A DNA stretch of 64,000 bases from NCBI GenBank assembly GCA_025594325.1, contig JANHCV010000011.1:186001-250000 (forward strand), in the 5' to 3' direction. Under the pieces are notes generated by a model, which was not told the origin of the DNA, did no database searches, and saw nothing but the letters and a program-made list of their open reading frames with translations. Each line of letters begins with the position of its first letter. Position 1 is the stretch's first letter. A program made the translations under genes and the position numbers. The DNA is from Blastocladiella emersonii ATCC 22665. Its lineage: Eukaryota > Fungi > Blastocladiomycota. Positions 46,950 to 60,228 of the stretch are shown here, one piece after another.

Positions 46950-49333
46950 TCAGGTACGGTAATGGGACATGGGCACGCCCTGCTCGGACTCGGGCACCGC
47001 GACCGTCGCGGTCCCCGACACGGCGTTGGGCAGCGGCGCCGTCGACCCGGGCAGGAACAGCTCCTCGTCGGCCGTCGCGGGCACAGGGCTGCCGATGATC
47101 GTGGACGTGCGCTTGCTGCCAGTGCCCTGGGCCGCCGCCGCGGGAGCACCGCCAGCGTTGTCCATGGGCGTGGTCGTGACGACCATCGACTGGCGCCACT
47201 CGGCCGCGGTGGTCGTCGGCGACATGGGCGCGGCGGGCGGCGGCGCCGACGCGAGCGGCGCCGACGCGAGCGGCGCACCGAGCGGCTTGTTGTCGTCCTT
47301 GGTCGGCATCCCGAAATGCATCGGGTACGGCGGCGAGCCCATGCCCGAGGTGGCGGCGGCCGCCGTCGCGGCCGCGGGCGCGGCGTACATCGGGCCAGAG
47401 TACATGACCTGGTGCTGCTGCACGTGCTGGTGGAACTGCTCGTACTGGCCCGGCTGCGGCTGCGGCATCATCATGGACGCGCGCGGGTCCGCCGACGATC
47501 CGGGCATGGCACCGCCGTTCGGGGCGCTCGGCATGGGCATCGGGATGATGCCGCCCTGCTGCGCCTGCGCCTGCGCCTGCTGCTGCTGGACGTAGTACTG
47601 CTGCTGCTGGAACTGCTGCTGCTGGCCCTGGCCCTGGAACTGCTGCTGCTGGTTGGGGTCCATGGGCTGCGGCTGCGGCATCGCCATCCCGCCGCCCTGC
47701 ATCGCCGCGGCCTGCTGCTGCTGGTTCGGGTAGTACACGTTCGTGCCGACCTGCGACACGGGCGGCGACGTGGCGTACGCACCGGCGACCGCCGACGCGC
47801 CCGTGCTGTGCATGGGGATCATGGTCGACACGGGCCGCGCCGCGCCCGCGGGCGTTCCAGGAACCGATGCCGCGCCGTTGTTGCCGTCGGTGGTGCTATG
47901 GGTCGGGATCGGCGTGTGGCTGGGCTTGGGCACATCGTTGCCGTTGCGCCGCGTGCGCTTGAGGAACACGAAGCCGGCGGCGAGCAGCGCGGCCACGAGC
48001 ACGCCGAGGACCACAGGGACGGTCGGGAACGAGGAAGAGTCCGACTTGTCGGCGGTCGACGTGTCGCCCGACGAGGGCGCGCCGGTTGCGGACGGGTCGG
48101 TCGGCGACCGCGTGGTGCCGTACCCGTACGCCTGCGCAATGTCGGCCGACGAGGGAGGGTTGAAGGTCACGGTCCACTCAAAGTCGAGGCCAGAGTCCTT
48201 GGGCACGATCTTGAGGATGTGCACGTCGCGCTGGTCCGACGCGTCGTTCTGAGTGTGTGCGGGTCAGTGGTGGGTCGGAGCAGCCGATGATGCGAGCGAA
48301 TGCGTACCACGTTGCCACCGATGAGGAGCAGCTGGTTACCAGCGAGAACCAAGGCCTGCGAAGCGATCGAGCGCGGTCCCTCGGCCGAGTTGGCAATGGA
48401 CGCGGAGACGGCGGGGCCCGAGCGCGACAGGTCAAAGTACTCGATGAGCGGCGGCCCGTCGCCGACGACGATCAGGTAGCGGGCGCCCTTGGGCGACGTG
48501 TAGGCGATCATCTGGTGGGTCTCGCGGCCGGCCGAGAGCGGGTTCGGGTACGCGGACCACGTCGAGCTCGGGATGTTGTACATCCAGACAGCCGTGTCGG
48601 AGCGGTTGTTGACGGCGCCGCCGCTGAAGACGGCCGTGGTGGCGTTGATGCGGGCCATGGCGCCGTTGTAGCGTGCCGAGGGCCCGGCGTTGGCGGCCGT
48701 CACGACACGCAGGTTGCCGTTGGTCCCGACGGCGCGCAGCGTGTTGGTATCGGGCAGGTTCGACACGTCGGGCAGGTACCCGCCGTAGCAGTACATGGAG
48801 TTGTCGGTCTCGGCCGCCGACGTCGCGGGGCCGAACCACTCCTGCACGGGGACCACGGTCGCGGACCGCGCGCACAGGCGGAAGTTGGTGTTGGTCTGGG
48901 CGTCGAGGGTGCGGACCGTGTGCGCCGGCACGTCGTACCGGTACACGTACGGGCTCGGCGTGTACGAGGCGTTGCCGTCGGACGGGCGGCGGTACCAGCC
49001 CGTCGACACCTCAATCGCAAACTCGCCGTCCTTGGTGCCCTTGGCGACCACGGGGATGAGCTGCGACGACGCGCGCGGCAGGCTCGGCAGAAACGTGACG
49101 GGCAGCTTGTCGACCTGGAACGACTGGCTGAGGTCGAGGTACCCCGCCGTGGACGTCGGCACCGTGCCGTTGGACCCGCCGAAGAAATAGAGCCGCTTCA
49201 GGGACGGGATGTAGGCGACGGCCGCGCTCAGCAGCGCCGCGCCCTCGGCCGGCTGCGGCGCCTGCGCGAGCACCGCGAGCAGCGTCACGGCGACCAGGGC
49301 GGCCAGCGGGCCCCGGGCATGGTGATGCTTCAT
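46950..49333 (-). CDS. Type I membrane protein with kelch-like beta-propeller ectodomain and Gln/Pro-rich tail; intron 48249-48307
   Basis: Signal LAALVAVTLLAVLA; kelch-like blades LYFFGGS, MYCYGGY, AVFSGG...VWMYNI...W, LLLIGG; TM VPVVLGVLVAALLAAGFVFL followed by KRTRR. Confidence 0.8.
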
Positions 49334-50627
49334 GGTGTGGTGAATGATGTTTGCAAGGAGAGAGAGAGAGGGAGGGAGCGGACTGCGGTCGAGTGCGGTG
49401 GCGCAGATAGGCGCGGTTCGTTTGCGAGTGCACCGCGCGGTGCGTGATGCAGCCTTGTCGACGATCTAGGCAAGACGACCGGCTGCGAGCTGCGGGGAGC
49501 TGCAGCAGGGACGCAGTCGGCGGAGATGCGAGAAGCGGAGCGCAAAAGGGCGAGAGCGCAAGCTGAAGCAACGATGCCCTCGCGAAGCCGAGCCGAAGCG
49601 AAGCGGAAGTGCGGTCGACCTTTGCGGCCAGCTTTGCGGCGCACGACCGTGGTGAGAAAGCGTGAGTCGAATCCGGGGCACCCTCAGATCCGGTGGCTCG
49701 AGCAGATCTCGGGCCGCGTGGGCCACAGCGTTCAAGGCACGCGTCGCGAAACGTGCTGGCGATGGTCGGCGACGACGACGGTCACGGTCGCCGTCAAACG
49801 CGAGCTGAGATGGACGCGCTCAGCTCGGACGGATGAGAGACACTCGGGCCGTGGATCCGTTGCAGGAAGAGGCGCGCCAGCCAGGCGTGTATTTTGCCTT
49901 GGGGCGCGTCGTGAGGGAGCTGAGCCTCACGAAGCGAAAGCGACCCAAAGGGGCACGTGTGAACGGGTCACGCGGCGCACATGACGTGCGAAAACACTGG
50001 TCCGTGTGGCGTTTTCGCTGGCCCGGCGCGGAGCGTGGCGGTGCAGGGGCCCCTGACAACCGTGTTTGCGTCGGCCTTGTTTACGCACGCCGCCGTTACT
50101 ACGCCCGTCGGCCGACCCGTTGCTACGCACCCCCACCCTCGCGACCGACCTCGCGACCGACATCGTGACCGCGTGGCGAAACGCGTGCATCGCAGCCAGC
50201 GCCCCGAGACGCGTCGCGCCCCTCACCCGTACGTCGCCGTCTGAGGCCTCACCCTCATCATCGTCGCCGACCACCACCACCTTGACGGACCACCACCACC
50301 ATGCATCATCATCGCCCACCCATGCATCGACGACGACACCATGACCCCACCCTCGGCCCTCGATTGGCCCATCGCCGGGCCACCTCGTCGTCATACGCTG
50401 GATCCGCCATGGCCTCCATCGTCCATGTCGATGGCCATCGATGGTGAATGATGATGGTTGCTGTCTCCCTCCTCCCCCTGCCCCTCACCGCCGCCGTCGC
50501 GGGAGACACGTCGCCCAGACCTCCGTGCTCACGCTCCCCGCACGCACGCCGCGGCCCCATTGCTATGCATGCTTGCTGCCGCTCCTGCTAGACTCTCTCG
50601 TCCATCACCATCGCGCAACAACCGACC

Positions 50628-53600
50628 ATGGACGCCGACTACGACGAGTCGCTCTACCATTTTGGCCGCCGGCAGCCGCGCCCGCCCAACCGGCCCGTGC
50701 GCGTCTCGGAGCAGTACCCGAACCCCGAGGACCCCGCCAACCAGCCCACCGTCACCGCCTTCGCCAAGCTCTCGGGCTACGACTGGACCTACTACCTGCA
50801 GAAGACCGAGATCTCCATCGGCCGCTCCTCGTCCGACGGCGCCGCCGCCGCCGAGGACGCCGTCGACCTCGACCTCGGGCCCGCCAAGACCGTGTCGCGC
50901 AGACACGCCGCCATCCTCTACAACCACGAGACCCAGCTGTGGGAGGTGGCCGTCCTCGGCCGTAACGGTATCAAGGTCCGCGGTCGCACTTACAAGCCCA
51001 AGGACGGTAATGTGCCGCTCACGTCCGAGTACGCGTGCTCGTGCGCTGCTGATCCTGCTGTCCGTGAAGCTCACCTCGTTCACCTCGCTTGTCCAGGGAC
51101 CTGATTGAGATTGGCGGCGTCGAGTTCCTCTTCCTGCTGCCCAGCCCCGAAGCCGACTCGGCCGACGAGGCCGACGCCCGCGCCCACCACGACCACCACC
51201 ATGGCGCCGGCTACCTCGGTACCGCTGACCAAAACGCCCTCAACGGCGTCGAGGCCCTCATGCACGGCATCGACGCCGAGGGCGCCGCGCCCGAGCAGCA
51301 GGCCGCCGCCGCGCCCGCGACCAAGTCAAGGACGACCAAGGCCCGCAAGACCGCGTCGGGCACCACCAAAAAGTCGACGGCCAAGCAGCGCCAGCAGCGG
51401 CAGGACCAGCAGCCCGCCGCCGAAAAGCCCGCCACCGCCGCCAAGGCCGCCCCGGGCTCGCGCAAGCGCGCCAAGACCACCGCGGCCGCGAAAGCGCAGG
51501 CCGCCGCCAACGCCCAGGCTGCCGCCAATGCCGCGGCTGCGGTCGCGGCAGCCGCCACGGCGTCGGCCAACCCGTCGCCCGGCATGGACCCCGACACCAT
51601 GGCCGCGCTCGCCCGGCACGACGACCCACTGCACGACTTCAACCTCGACGATCTCGGCGACGAGTTTGGCGAGCTCGGCGCGCTCGACTCGTCGGTCCTC
51701 GGGCCCGCCGCCAACCAGCGCGGGCTGCACCGCGGCAGCACGCCGCCCGTGCTCGACTCGCTCGTGCCCGCGCAGATCCGGTCCGACTTCATGCGGAGGC
51801 GGTCTGTCGACTACAGCATCGACGAGATGAAGGACATCAAGCCGCCGTACTCGTACGCGACGCTCATTGCCGAGGCCATCCACAACTCGCCCATCAAGGC
51901 GCTGTCGCTCGCCGAGATCTACTCGTTCATCGCCGAGCGCTACGCCTACTTCCGCCACGCCACCCACAGCTGGCAGAACTCGGTCCGCCACAACCTCAGC
52001 CTCAACCGCGCCTTCCAGAAGGTGCTCCGCCCACTGCACCTCCAGGGGAAAGGGTGCCTGTGGCGCATCGACCCCGAGCACGCCGACGAGATCACCGACG
52101 AGCCCAAGCGGCCCAAGCGCAAGGCCGCCGAGCTCTACGGCCTCGACGCCGACGGCAACTCGGCCCTCACGGGCCCCGCCAACGCCAGCGTCGACAACAA
52201 CTACTACCACCACCACCCGATGTACCCCGGCCACCCGCATCCCGGACCCTACGGCATGTATGGCGCCTCGCCCTACAACCACCTCGGACCGCCCTACGGA
52301 CCGCCGCCCGGGTTCCCCATGGCTCCGCCCGGCATGATGCTCGACGCCGCCGGGTACATGGGCGCGACCATGCGCGGGCCCGTGCCGCCACCGCAACCCG
52401 CGCCGCCGCCGGGCAGCCTGATCCAGGCCGCGTTCCCGAGCGCGAGTGCGAGCGCTGCTGCTGCCGGTGCCGGGGCCAGTACGGTGCGCAGCGCGGCTCC
52501 GAGCTCGTCATCGGCTAGTGTACCGGCCGTGACCACGGCGACCTCGACCGCCGGCGCTGAGACCAGTACGAGCGCGCCCAACGAGGTCCCCGTGCACGCG
52601 CAGCGCCCAATCCGCAGCTTCTACTCGCTGTACCACACGACGCCCGACCTGACGCTCCTCCCGACGCCCGCCGGCCTCATGCGGTCGCTGCCCAAGATCT
52701 TCAAGGTGCTGCACACGATCGACGCGCTGCCTGGCGGCGACCTCCTCCTCGGCGACTTCTCGGACCGCGACGCGTTCCCGCCCGTGGGCGGCGAGCTCAA
52801 CCTCACCAAGGACCAGGTCAAGCAGAACCAGCTCGCGGCCGCCGCCTCGGCCGCCGACGCGGTGCCCAACGGGCTCGGGTTCCACCCGGTTCACGGCGGC
52901 GATGCCGGCACCAGCATTACTGGACCCATCGGCACGCTCCCGCCGCAGCCCGGCCCGCACGGCCTCGCGTTCCTGCCCGAACCGCACACCGCGGCATCGG
53001 CGGCCGCGTCGCTCGCGAGCCTCGCGTCCGACTCGTCCATGACCGCGCGCGCCAGCCCGATGCTCGGTCCGCGCTCCTCGGGGCCCGCGACGCGGCGGCG
53101 CGTCCACTCGAACACGGGCGGGCTCCGCGGCAGCCCGCTCGTCGGCGGCAGCTCGTACGGGTACTCGTCCAGCACCGCGTCCGCGCCGCCCGCCCCGCTC
53201 ATCACCACCACGCTCTCGGCGTCCAAGCGCGGCGGGCTCGGCGTCATGGCCTTCTCCAGCAGCAGCGGGTCCGCGACCGTCATCGCGTTTGCGTCGGCCG
53301 CTGCATCCGCGGCTGCAGCGGCGAGCGCCGTCGCGACCGAGCCACGCCCGAAACCCACCGGCGACGCGCCGCCCGAGGACCCGCTCGACCTCGCCGCCGC
53401 CGCCACGCCCGACGGGCTCCCCGGCTCGCTCCCCGGCAACACGCTCGGCGGGCTCGGCAACGTCGCGGGCCAGTACGGGATCACGGCGCTCAACCAGTCG
53501 CTCGCCGCGCAGGCCGCCGCCCACGCGGCCGTGCAGCACGCGGTGTCGGCCATGGTCGCGACGGCGGCGGGCGAGAACCTCATGGACGTGGACCCGACCG

Positions 53601-54802
53601 AGATGCCGACCGGCCTCGACGACGCCCGCGCTGCCAGCCCACCACCGCCGCCGCCGCAGCCGCAGCCCGTGTTCGTGCAGTCGGTCCCCGCACGCGCCCC
53701 GCTCCCGCTCGCGGCGCCTATGATGCCGCCGACGGTTGCCCCCGCGGCACCGTTCGTGCCGGTCTCGTCACCCGCGCTACCGCCGGTTCTCGCGACGCCG
53801 GCTGTCTCGACGCCGAGTGTACCGGCTCCCGCAGTGACGATGGTCGCCGCGCCGTCGCCGGCTATCGCCATACCGCCCCCGACAAGTGTGGGCGCGGCCG
53901 AGACCATTTTCGCGCCCAAGTCGCCGGTCGTCGTCGAGAGCTCGCCAGCGGTCGCGCCCGCGCCCGCGCCCGTAGCTGCCTCGAGCGTCGTGGTCTCGAG
54001 CGTCATCGCCTCGAGCGTGATCGCCTCGCAGTCGCCGGCGGTTTCGGCGCCGGCCTACGCCCCGACGACGACGAGCGTTCCCGCCGCCCCCGTTCCTGCT
54101 CCTGTTCCTGCGCCAGTCGCGACGCCCGTGTCTACTTTCACGCCGGCGCCGACCCCAACGCCCGCGCCGGCTCCTGCTACTGCTGCTGCTGTGCCCGCGG
54201 CGGTTCCAGTACTTTCTGCGCCGGCGGTGACGCCGCAGCTGCCTCCTGCGCCTGCTGCACCTGCGCCAGTTGCGACCGCACCCGTCGCCGCCCCGCCGCT
54301 CGCACCCGCCCCACCGGCCCCCGTTCCGGTGCTCCCGACCATGCCCGTGCACCACCCGCACCCAGTGGGCGCCCCGATCCCGCCACCCGTCGCCCCGCAC
54401 TACGCGATGCCCCCGCCGCCGCCACACTACCCGACGGCGTACCCGTCGTTCGCCTCGTTCGCCGCCAAGCCGCCGTCCATGTACCCCGGCGGCCCGCCGC
54501 TCATCTCGGCCATGGCCGGCCCACCGGGCTACCCGAGCGGTCCCTCGCCATTCTTGTACGGCGCGCACCCGGGCATGTACGGCGCCGCGGCCGCGGGCGG
54601 GTACCCCCACCCGGCAGCGGGCGCGTTCGGGCTCGCCGGGTACTACGCGCGCATGATGGCCCAGCAGCAGCAGCAGCAGCAGTACGGCGCGCCGCGACCG
54701 CTCGCAGCGGCGCCGGGCGCCATGCCAGGAGGTGTGCCACCACCGGCACCGACGACTTCTTCGACTACTCAAGCAGCAGCCGCGCCGGGCGCGCAGAAGT
54801 GA
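50628..54802 (+). CDS. FHA plus forkhead transcription factor (Fkh1/Fkh2-like); intron 51029-51096
   Basis: FHA: FAKLSG...ISIGR...VSRRHA...GRNG...DLIEIG. Forkhead: KPPYSYATLI...SLAEIY...WQNSVRHNLSLN.AF.KV...GKGCLWRIDP. Long Ala/Pro-rich tail. Confidence 0.93.
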
Positions 54803-54999
54803 GGCGGGCGAGCGGACTTGGCTCTTCCTTATTTATTACGTCCCTCGCCTGCTCATGACGCGCACCTTGGTGTTCTTGTACAGTTCCAGTTGTTCCATCC
54901 ATACACGCCTAGTCCCTCTTTGTCCTAAACTACGTCTTCGAAGCTGAGCCAGCTCTTGGTTCAACAAGTCATGTATGAGTGAGGAGAGCTCGAAGCGCG

Positions 55000-55975
55000 A
55001 CGACGCGGTGCGTTTCACGTTGCGCCACACACACATGATATCGGAACGCGTCTCGCAGCCTGTCTCGCGGACACGCTCGCACTCATTTAATGCACGATAT
55101 TGGGTATCAACGTGTATAATCTCAAAAACGAACAAAATCAATGACAACGGGCTGGTCGTCTTCACCTAAAAACTCTTCGTTGAGCTCATCGACGACGACG
55201 TTGCCCACAACGGGGGCAGGAACAGCACGCCGGGACAACCGCGCCTTGACCGCCGCCCACGCCAGACGAGGCGAGAGTGACGACGAAGTCCAAGGCGACG
55301 ACTTGTCCGCCGCTGGGCTCGGATGAGGGACGACCAGCGTGTCGTCCGAGCCCAGGTCGCCGCAGGCCGCAAACGGGGCCGGGGCGGCGAGCTCGGCGAA
55401 CGGGTCGACCAAAACAGGGACCTTGGAAACGACTGGCTCGACCTGCTTCGACTTGTTCGTGCCGCGCTTGCCGGGGCGCGTCACGATGCGAGGCAGGCGG
55501 GCCGTGAACTTGCCGAATGCGTGCTTGACCGAGGCGACGGTCGAGGACACGAACGGCAGCTTGAAGGCGTTCTCAGACTTGTAGCGGTAGTCCTCGCTGG
55601 CCAGGGAAAGCGTGGCGAACGACGACGAGGACAGCTGCTGGTGGGCCGAGAGGAGGAGGGCGGTCGAGGGGACCTTGGCGAGGGCGGAGAACATCATCAT
55701 TTTTGGGATAGGCTCTGGAGGGCGGGCGGGCGCGAGCATTAGTCATGAAGGTTGGTGAGTGTTGCGTAAAGAGATGCGTACATGGATGAAATAAGACCTA
55801 GGTTGAAGAGCAGGAGAAGGAGGGCCGAGGGGCGGGCGATCTTTATAGGAGGCAAGCGCGTGCATTCAACGAAAGTCGGTTCAAGGCGAGCGAGTCGCTT
55901 GCTGCATACAACGTTCATTTCGACCCCCGTGGCCGTGTCGATCACCCACGAGGCAGGGTGCGAGACATCACGGGC
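55000..55975 (-). repeat. ~1-kb dispersed repeat unit, copy B
   Basis: Identical to copy A over 55251-55975 and diverged over the ORF C-terminus and 3' tail. Confidence 0.85.
55122..55739 (-). CDS. Orphan 205-aa ORF, copy B
   Basis: Same as copy A except the last ~43 residues; ends VIDFVRF. Confidence 0.5.
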   Translation of the reverse strand: MLAPARPPEPIPKMMMFSALAKVPSTALLLSAHQQLSSSSFATLSLASEDYRYKSENAFKLPFVSSTVASVKHAFGKFTARLPRIVTRPGKRGTNKSKQVEPVVSKVPVLVDPFAELAAPAPFAACGDLGSDDTLVVPHPSPAADKSSPWTSSSLSPRLAWAAVKARLSRRAVPAPVVGNVVVDELNEEFLGEDDQPVVIDFVRF

Positions 55976-56873
55976 TGTGAGACAATTTCCAAGTCAAGCC
56001 GCTCGGACGGTGATTCGCTCACAAACCCTGCCTGCTTCACGAGTACCCTCGTGGTTGACGCGTCTTTCTTGCCGCGAGGGCACACGCTGATCCCGCTGAC
56101 ACCGCCGGGTCCGCGCCAACGATGAGATTCGATTGCGTATGCAAAACAGCCAGTATATGTACAGCTTGGATCAGGGCGCGATAACGGGAACAAAATAGCG
56201 CGCTCTCTCGAACCCCCAAAGACTAGAGGTCGGCACCGACGGCCGCGTTCGTCTGCACGTTGCGCATCATGGCGGCGCTCGACTCGGGGTTGGACGGCAT
56301 GAAGATGACCTTGGCGCCCGACGTCTTGGCCATGGCCTGCATCGCCTCGAGGTAGCGGATCTGCATGGCGGCCTCAGACGACAGCAGGTCTGCGACGTTG
56401 CGCATGAGGCGCGCGGCCTGCACCTCGGCCTCGGCCGCAATGACCTTGGACTCGCCGATCCGCTTCTGCTTGGCGGCGGCCGACAGCGACTCGAGGAGCT
56501 CCGGCGCCATCTGCATGTCCTTGATCAGGATCGACGAGACCTCGACGCCCCACTCCTCGGCCGGACCCTTGATGAGCGACTCGATGTCGTGCGCGATGGC
56601 CTCTACAGTGCGAATCAGCGTGAGATTCTTGACGGCTAACCATACAGCATGGTCCCGTACCACGCAGCTCGATGCACTCCTGCAGCGTGCGCAGGCCCGC
56701 GATCTGGCGCAGCGTGGTCTGGGTACGCTCGATGAGCGCGGAGCGCACGTTCTGGACGAGGAAGGTGGCGACGTAGGGGTCGACGACGCTACGCAAGGAA
56801 CGCGAGTGTGAGTGCCAGTTTCAGCTCGTTGCTAGGTTTGTGGGCCGAGCTTCTCATACCGGAAGTAGAGCAC
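55251..56873 (-). repeat. Right arm of the ~1,623-bp inverted repeat
   Basis: Reverse complement of 4351-5973, including introns and intergenic DNA. Confidence 0.88.
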
Positions 56874-57467
56874 GCTATCGATGGTGATGGACACGTTGTC
56901 GCGGGTCATGACGACCTGCGAGGGAAGGTCTACGACCTGCAGCTTGATGTCGACGGTGCGCATCTCGTCGGTCATGAGGTTGATTTGATGCAGGCCCGGA
57001 TCGACAATGCGCTGGCACTTGCCAAAGTGCGAAACGAGGCCGACTGATTCTTGCTCAACGGTGCGGAAGGGCGTCGGGAACACGGAGCCTGGGATCATGC
57101 CAAAGAAGCCGAGAACCCCGCCGATCATGGACAGCATGCCCTCGTAGCAACCATGATTGGCCTCGTTGACTAGGCGTCGAGTAATTGATCGAAGTTAGGG
57201 CCCGTTTGGTTCCGGGGTGAATCAGGTGGATCAATCGATTTTACACGGTCCGGTGTTCACCCAGCTGAAACGTGGCATTTTCACCCCGTCGTGTTCATCG
57301 CGGCGTTTGGTTCAACCCCCGGGTGAGCTGAATGGAACCCTCGTCGCTGAATCGCCCGTCTGCTCGCCCCCGAAACCTTCAGGCTGTGCTCCCCGGCCTA
57401 TATAAACGCCGTTTTCCTCCAAAGTAACTCGCTCTCTCTCCCCCGTCCTCCCTCAAAGCCGAAAAGA

Positions 57468-58597
57468 ATGGCTCCCCCGTCAAGCAAAAAGCGCGCTGGC
57501 CGTACGGCCATGTCCATCGAGGAGATCGTCAAGAACGTGCCCGAAATCCCGCCGCCGCCCGCCGATAGCGACGAGGATGCAGATGACGACGCTGCTGGGA
57601 GCGACGGCAACGCTGCTGTCACGCCGACCAACCCGCTGCCGCCCGTGACCATCGCCAAGCCAAGCAAGCGCAAGGCCAGTGGCAGCAAGGCCAGCAGCGG
57701 CAAGGCCAGCGGCGGCAAGGCCACCTTCTGCTCCGCGTCGACCAACTTCCTCCTCGACCACTTCTGCAACCTCGCTGACGACGGCGTGCTCGGCGACAGC
57801 AACACGCTCAAGGCCCAGCACCGTGTGTCGATTGCCCAGGCCCTGTCGGACGAGTTCAACATGCAGTTTACGGCGGAGCAGGTCAAGAACCGCGTGACAT
57901 ACGTACGCTTTGTCTTGCGGACACGCGTCAACCGTAGCGCTAACAACGTCAGCGTTCGGCTCCAGCTTCGCACTTGTTTTCGCGCCGTAAAACGGCTTCT
58001 GTCGTACTTGGGCAACGGCTGCACCTGGAATGAGGGTGAGTGCACGGTCGACGTGCCAGAGGAGTTCTGGAACGATCTCTCGGTACGTTTGTTCAATATC
58101 GTTACGCGTCAACTCGCGGCGAGCTAACAGCGCCTGGCCTGCTTCAATTGTAGGCAGAGCTCAAGGAGGAGCTGACTGCGGGCTGCAAGCCCTTCCCGTA
58201 CTACAAGAAGGCCAACATGCTGTGGGGCAGCTCGACCGCCACCGGCGAGTACTCGCACCTCGAGCAGGACGGCAAGGAGTCTGGTGACGTGGAAGGTGTT
58301 GATGGTCAAGACGACGCGGCCCCCGCCAGCAAGCGCAGCCGCACTTCGGACAGCAGCTCGCGTCGCCTCTCGGACTCGGAATTCCTCATGGGCATCAAGG
58401 AGGTGTTCCAGAGCGTCTCAACCGCCGACTCCAAGCCCGTTCTGACCGCCGCACTTGAATGGGTCCAGGACGCGTACAATGACAATGAAGAGTACCAGAT
58501 CGACGTCGCCACCCGCCTGACCGAGGATCAAGCGCTTCGCGTCATGGCCGTGTCCGAATCGAAGCGCAAGCGCGTCCTCGAGTTTTTCATTCAGTAG
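57468..58597 (+). CDS. PIF/Harbinger Myb/SANT-like DNA-binding protein; introns 57903-57965 and 58083-58153
   Basis: FNMQFTAEQVKNRVTY, GNGCTWNE...VPEEFW, spliced CKPFPYYKKANMLWGSSTATG. Lies inside the TIRs. Confidence 0.85.
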
Positions 58598-58910
58598 CTC
58601 TCTCGCACATGTCCCCCTCCCCTCGCGTTGCTTCCTGGCCTTGTTCTCGCCCATTTGTGTCCAATACATCTGGCTTTGTGTCCATCGTATCTTCAATCGT
58701 TACCCTTCGCTCGAAAATGACGCGACTCGTTGAGAAACGCGTGGTTCTCAAAGTGTCTCGCACGTCACGTGATTGATCGACGCGTCTCCACCGATGCGTT
58801 CTGACCTCAGCGACGCGTCAAATCATCTGGAATCGCTTATCTAACGTTATAGTACTTGACAAATCAGTATATTACAGCATGCATGCGGGTACAACAATTA
58901 TTTCGCGCCT

Positions 58911-60228
58911 TCAAAGACGGGTCCCACGAGCGGCCATGACGCGCCTGTACTCGGTCCAAAGAACATTTGCGACGCGGTTCCGAAGCGAGATACCGCGCTG
59001 ACGAGCTCCGTCCAGCGAGGCCTCGAGGACAGCGGCCTCGTCGTCCTCCTCGTTCTCGTCGTCCAGGGGCTCGCGCCCACGTACTGGCGCCTCACGCGCC
59101 GCGTCCCGCGCGCGCCGGAGCTCCGTCTCGGCGTCGCGAAAGAAGGCGTCGCCGCCTTGGTTCCACTTGTTGATCATGTTGTGCAGCGTGCAGAGCGCGT
59201 ACACAAGCTTGACTTGAGTCTTGATTGGGTAGGCCGCGCCAATCGAGAGGACGCGGAACCGCTTCTTGAGCACGCCAAAGATATGCTCAATGGAGTTGCG
59301 GAGCGACGCGTGACGCAGATTGAAAAGCTCTTCGCTGTTCTCAACTCTACGTACGTTGGTGAAGCAGATGAGATGGCGCCAACGTGATGGTCATGGCAGT
59401 GAGAACGTACCCATCCTTGCCGCGGGCAAACTCGCGAAGATGATAGCGGGTACCGCTGAAGGGCACGATGATGGACGTGCGGTTTGCGTAGCCGCCGTCG
59501 GCGAGGTAGAAGCGGCCGGCGGGGATCTTGAACCCACGGGCGAAGGCGTCCGAGAGCACGCGCGAGTCGTGCGCCTTGCCCTCCCACCCTGCGAGAACGT
59601 AGGTGAAGTTCAAGTCAAAGTCGCAGGCAGCGAGGACATTTGAGGAGATGGTCCCCTTGCGGTTTCGGAACGAGTCGTGAAGCTTGGCGGGCACAACAAA
59701 CGGGATGTGCGTTCCGTCAAGCGCGCCGACCGCGTTCTGGAACGGAGCGTATTTCGGGTCGTGGGCGATGCGCTCATGCACGGGCGTAGAATCGGACGGC
59801 TGGACAATGAACTCGGGCATCAGGCGGTACAGAGCGTCGAGCACCTGCTTCAGAACCCTGGACGCGGTCTCGCCAGAGATTTGGAACCGCTCCCTGAGGT
59901 TGCGGTTGGTGCTGCCCTCGCCGGCCATGACAAGAAAAACCATGAAGCGCGCCTCGACGGACAGCTCGCGGCCGTCGGTGAGAAGGCCACGGTCGCGGAA
60001 CAGGCGGCAGATGGCCTTGAAGGTCTCGCGGGGCATACGGGCGATTTCCGAAAAACGCGTTTTGCTGTTGCACGTCAGCAGCTCTTGAACCCACGACTCG
60101 CCAGAAAGCGTGGACGTGCGGATAGGCTCCCACGAGCGGCGCTCGTTGCGCGCAGCGAGACGTCGCAGGAGAGCGAGGGCGGCCGTGAGCATGAGGCCGC
60201 GCAGCTTGCGGTTGTATCCCTTGCCCAT
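58911..60228 (-). CDS. PIF/Harbinger DDE transposase; intron 59347-59410
   Basis: ERFQISGETASR, AVGALDGTHIP (D), NVLAACDFDLNF.YVLAGWEG.AHDSRVL, YLADGGY (D), FNLRHASLRNSIEHIFGVLKKRF (E). No stops after splicing. Confidence 0.95.
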
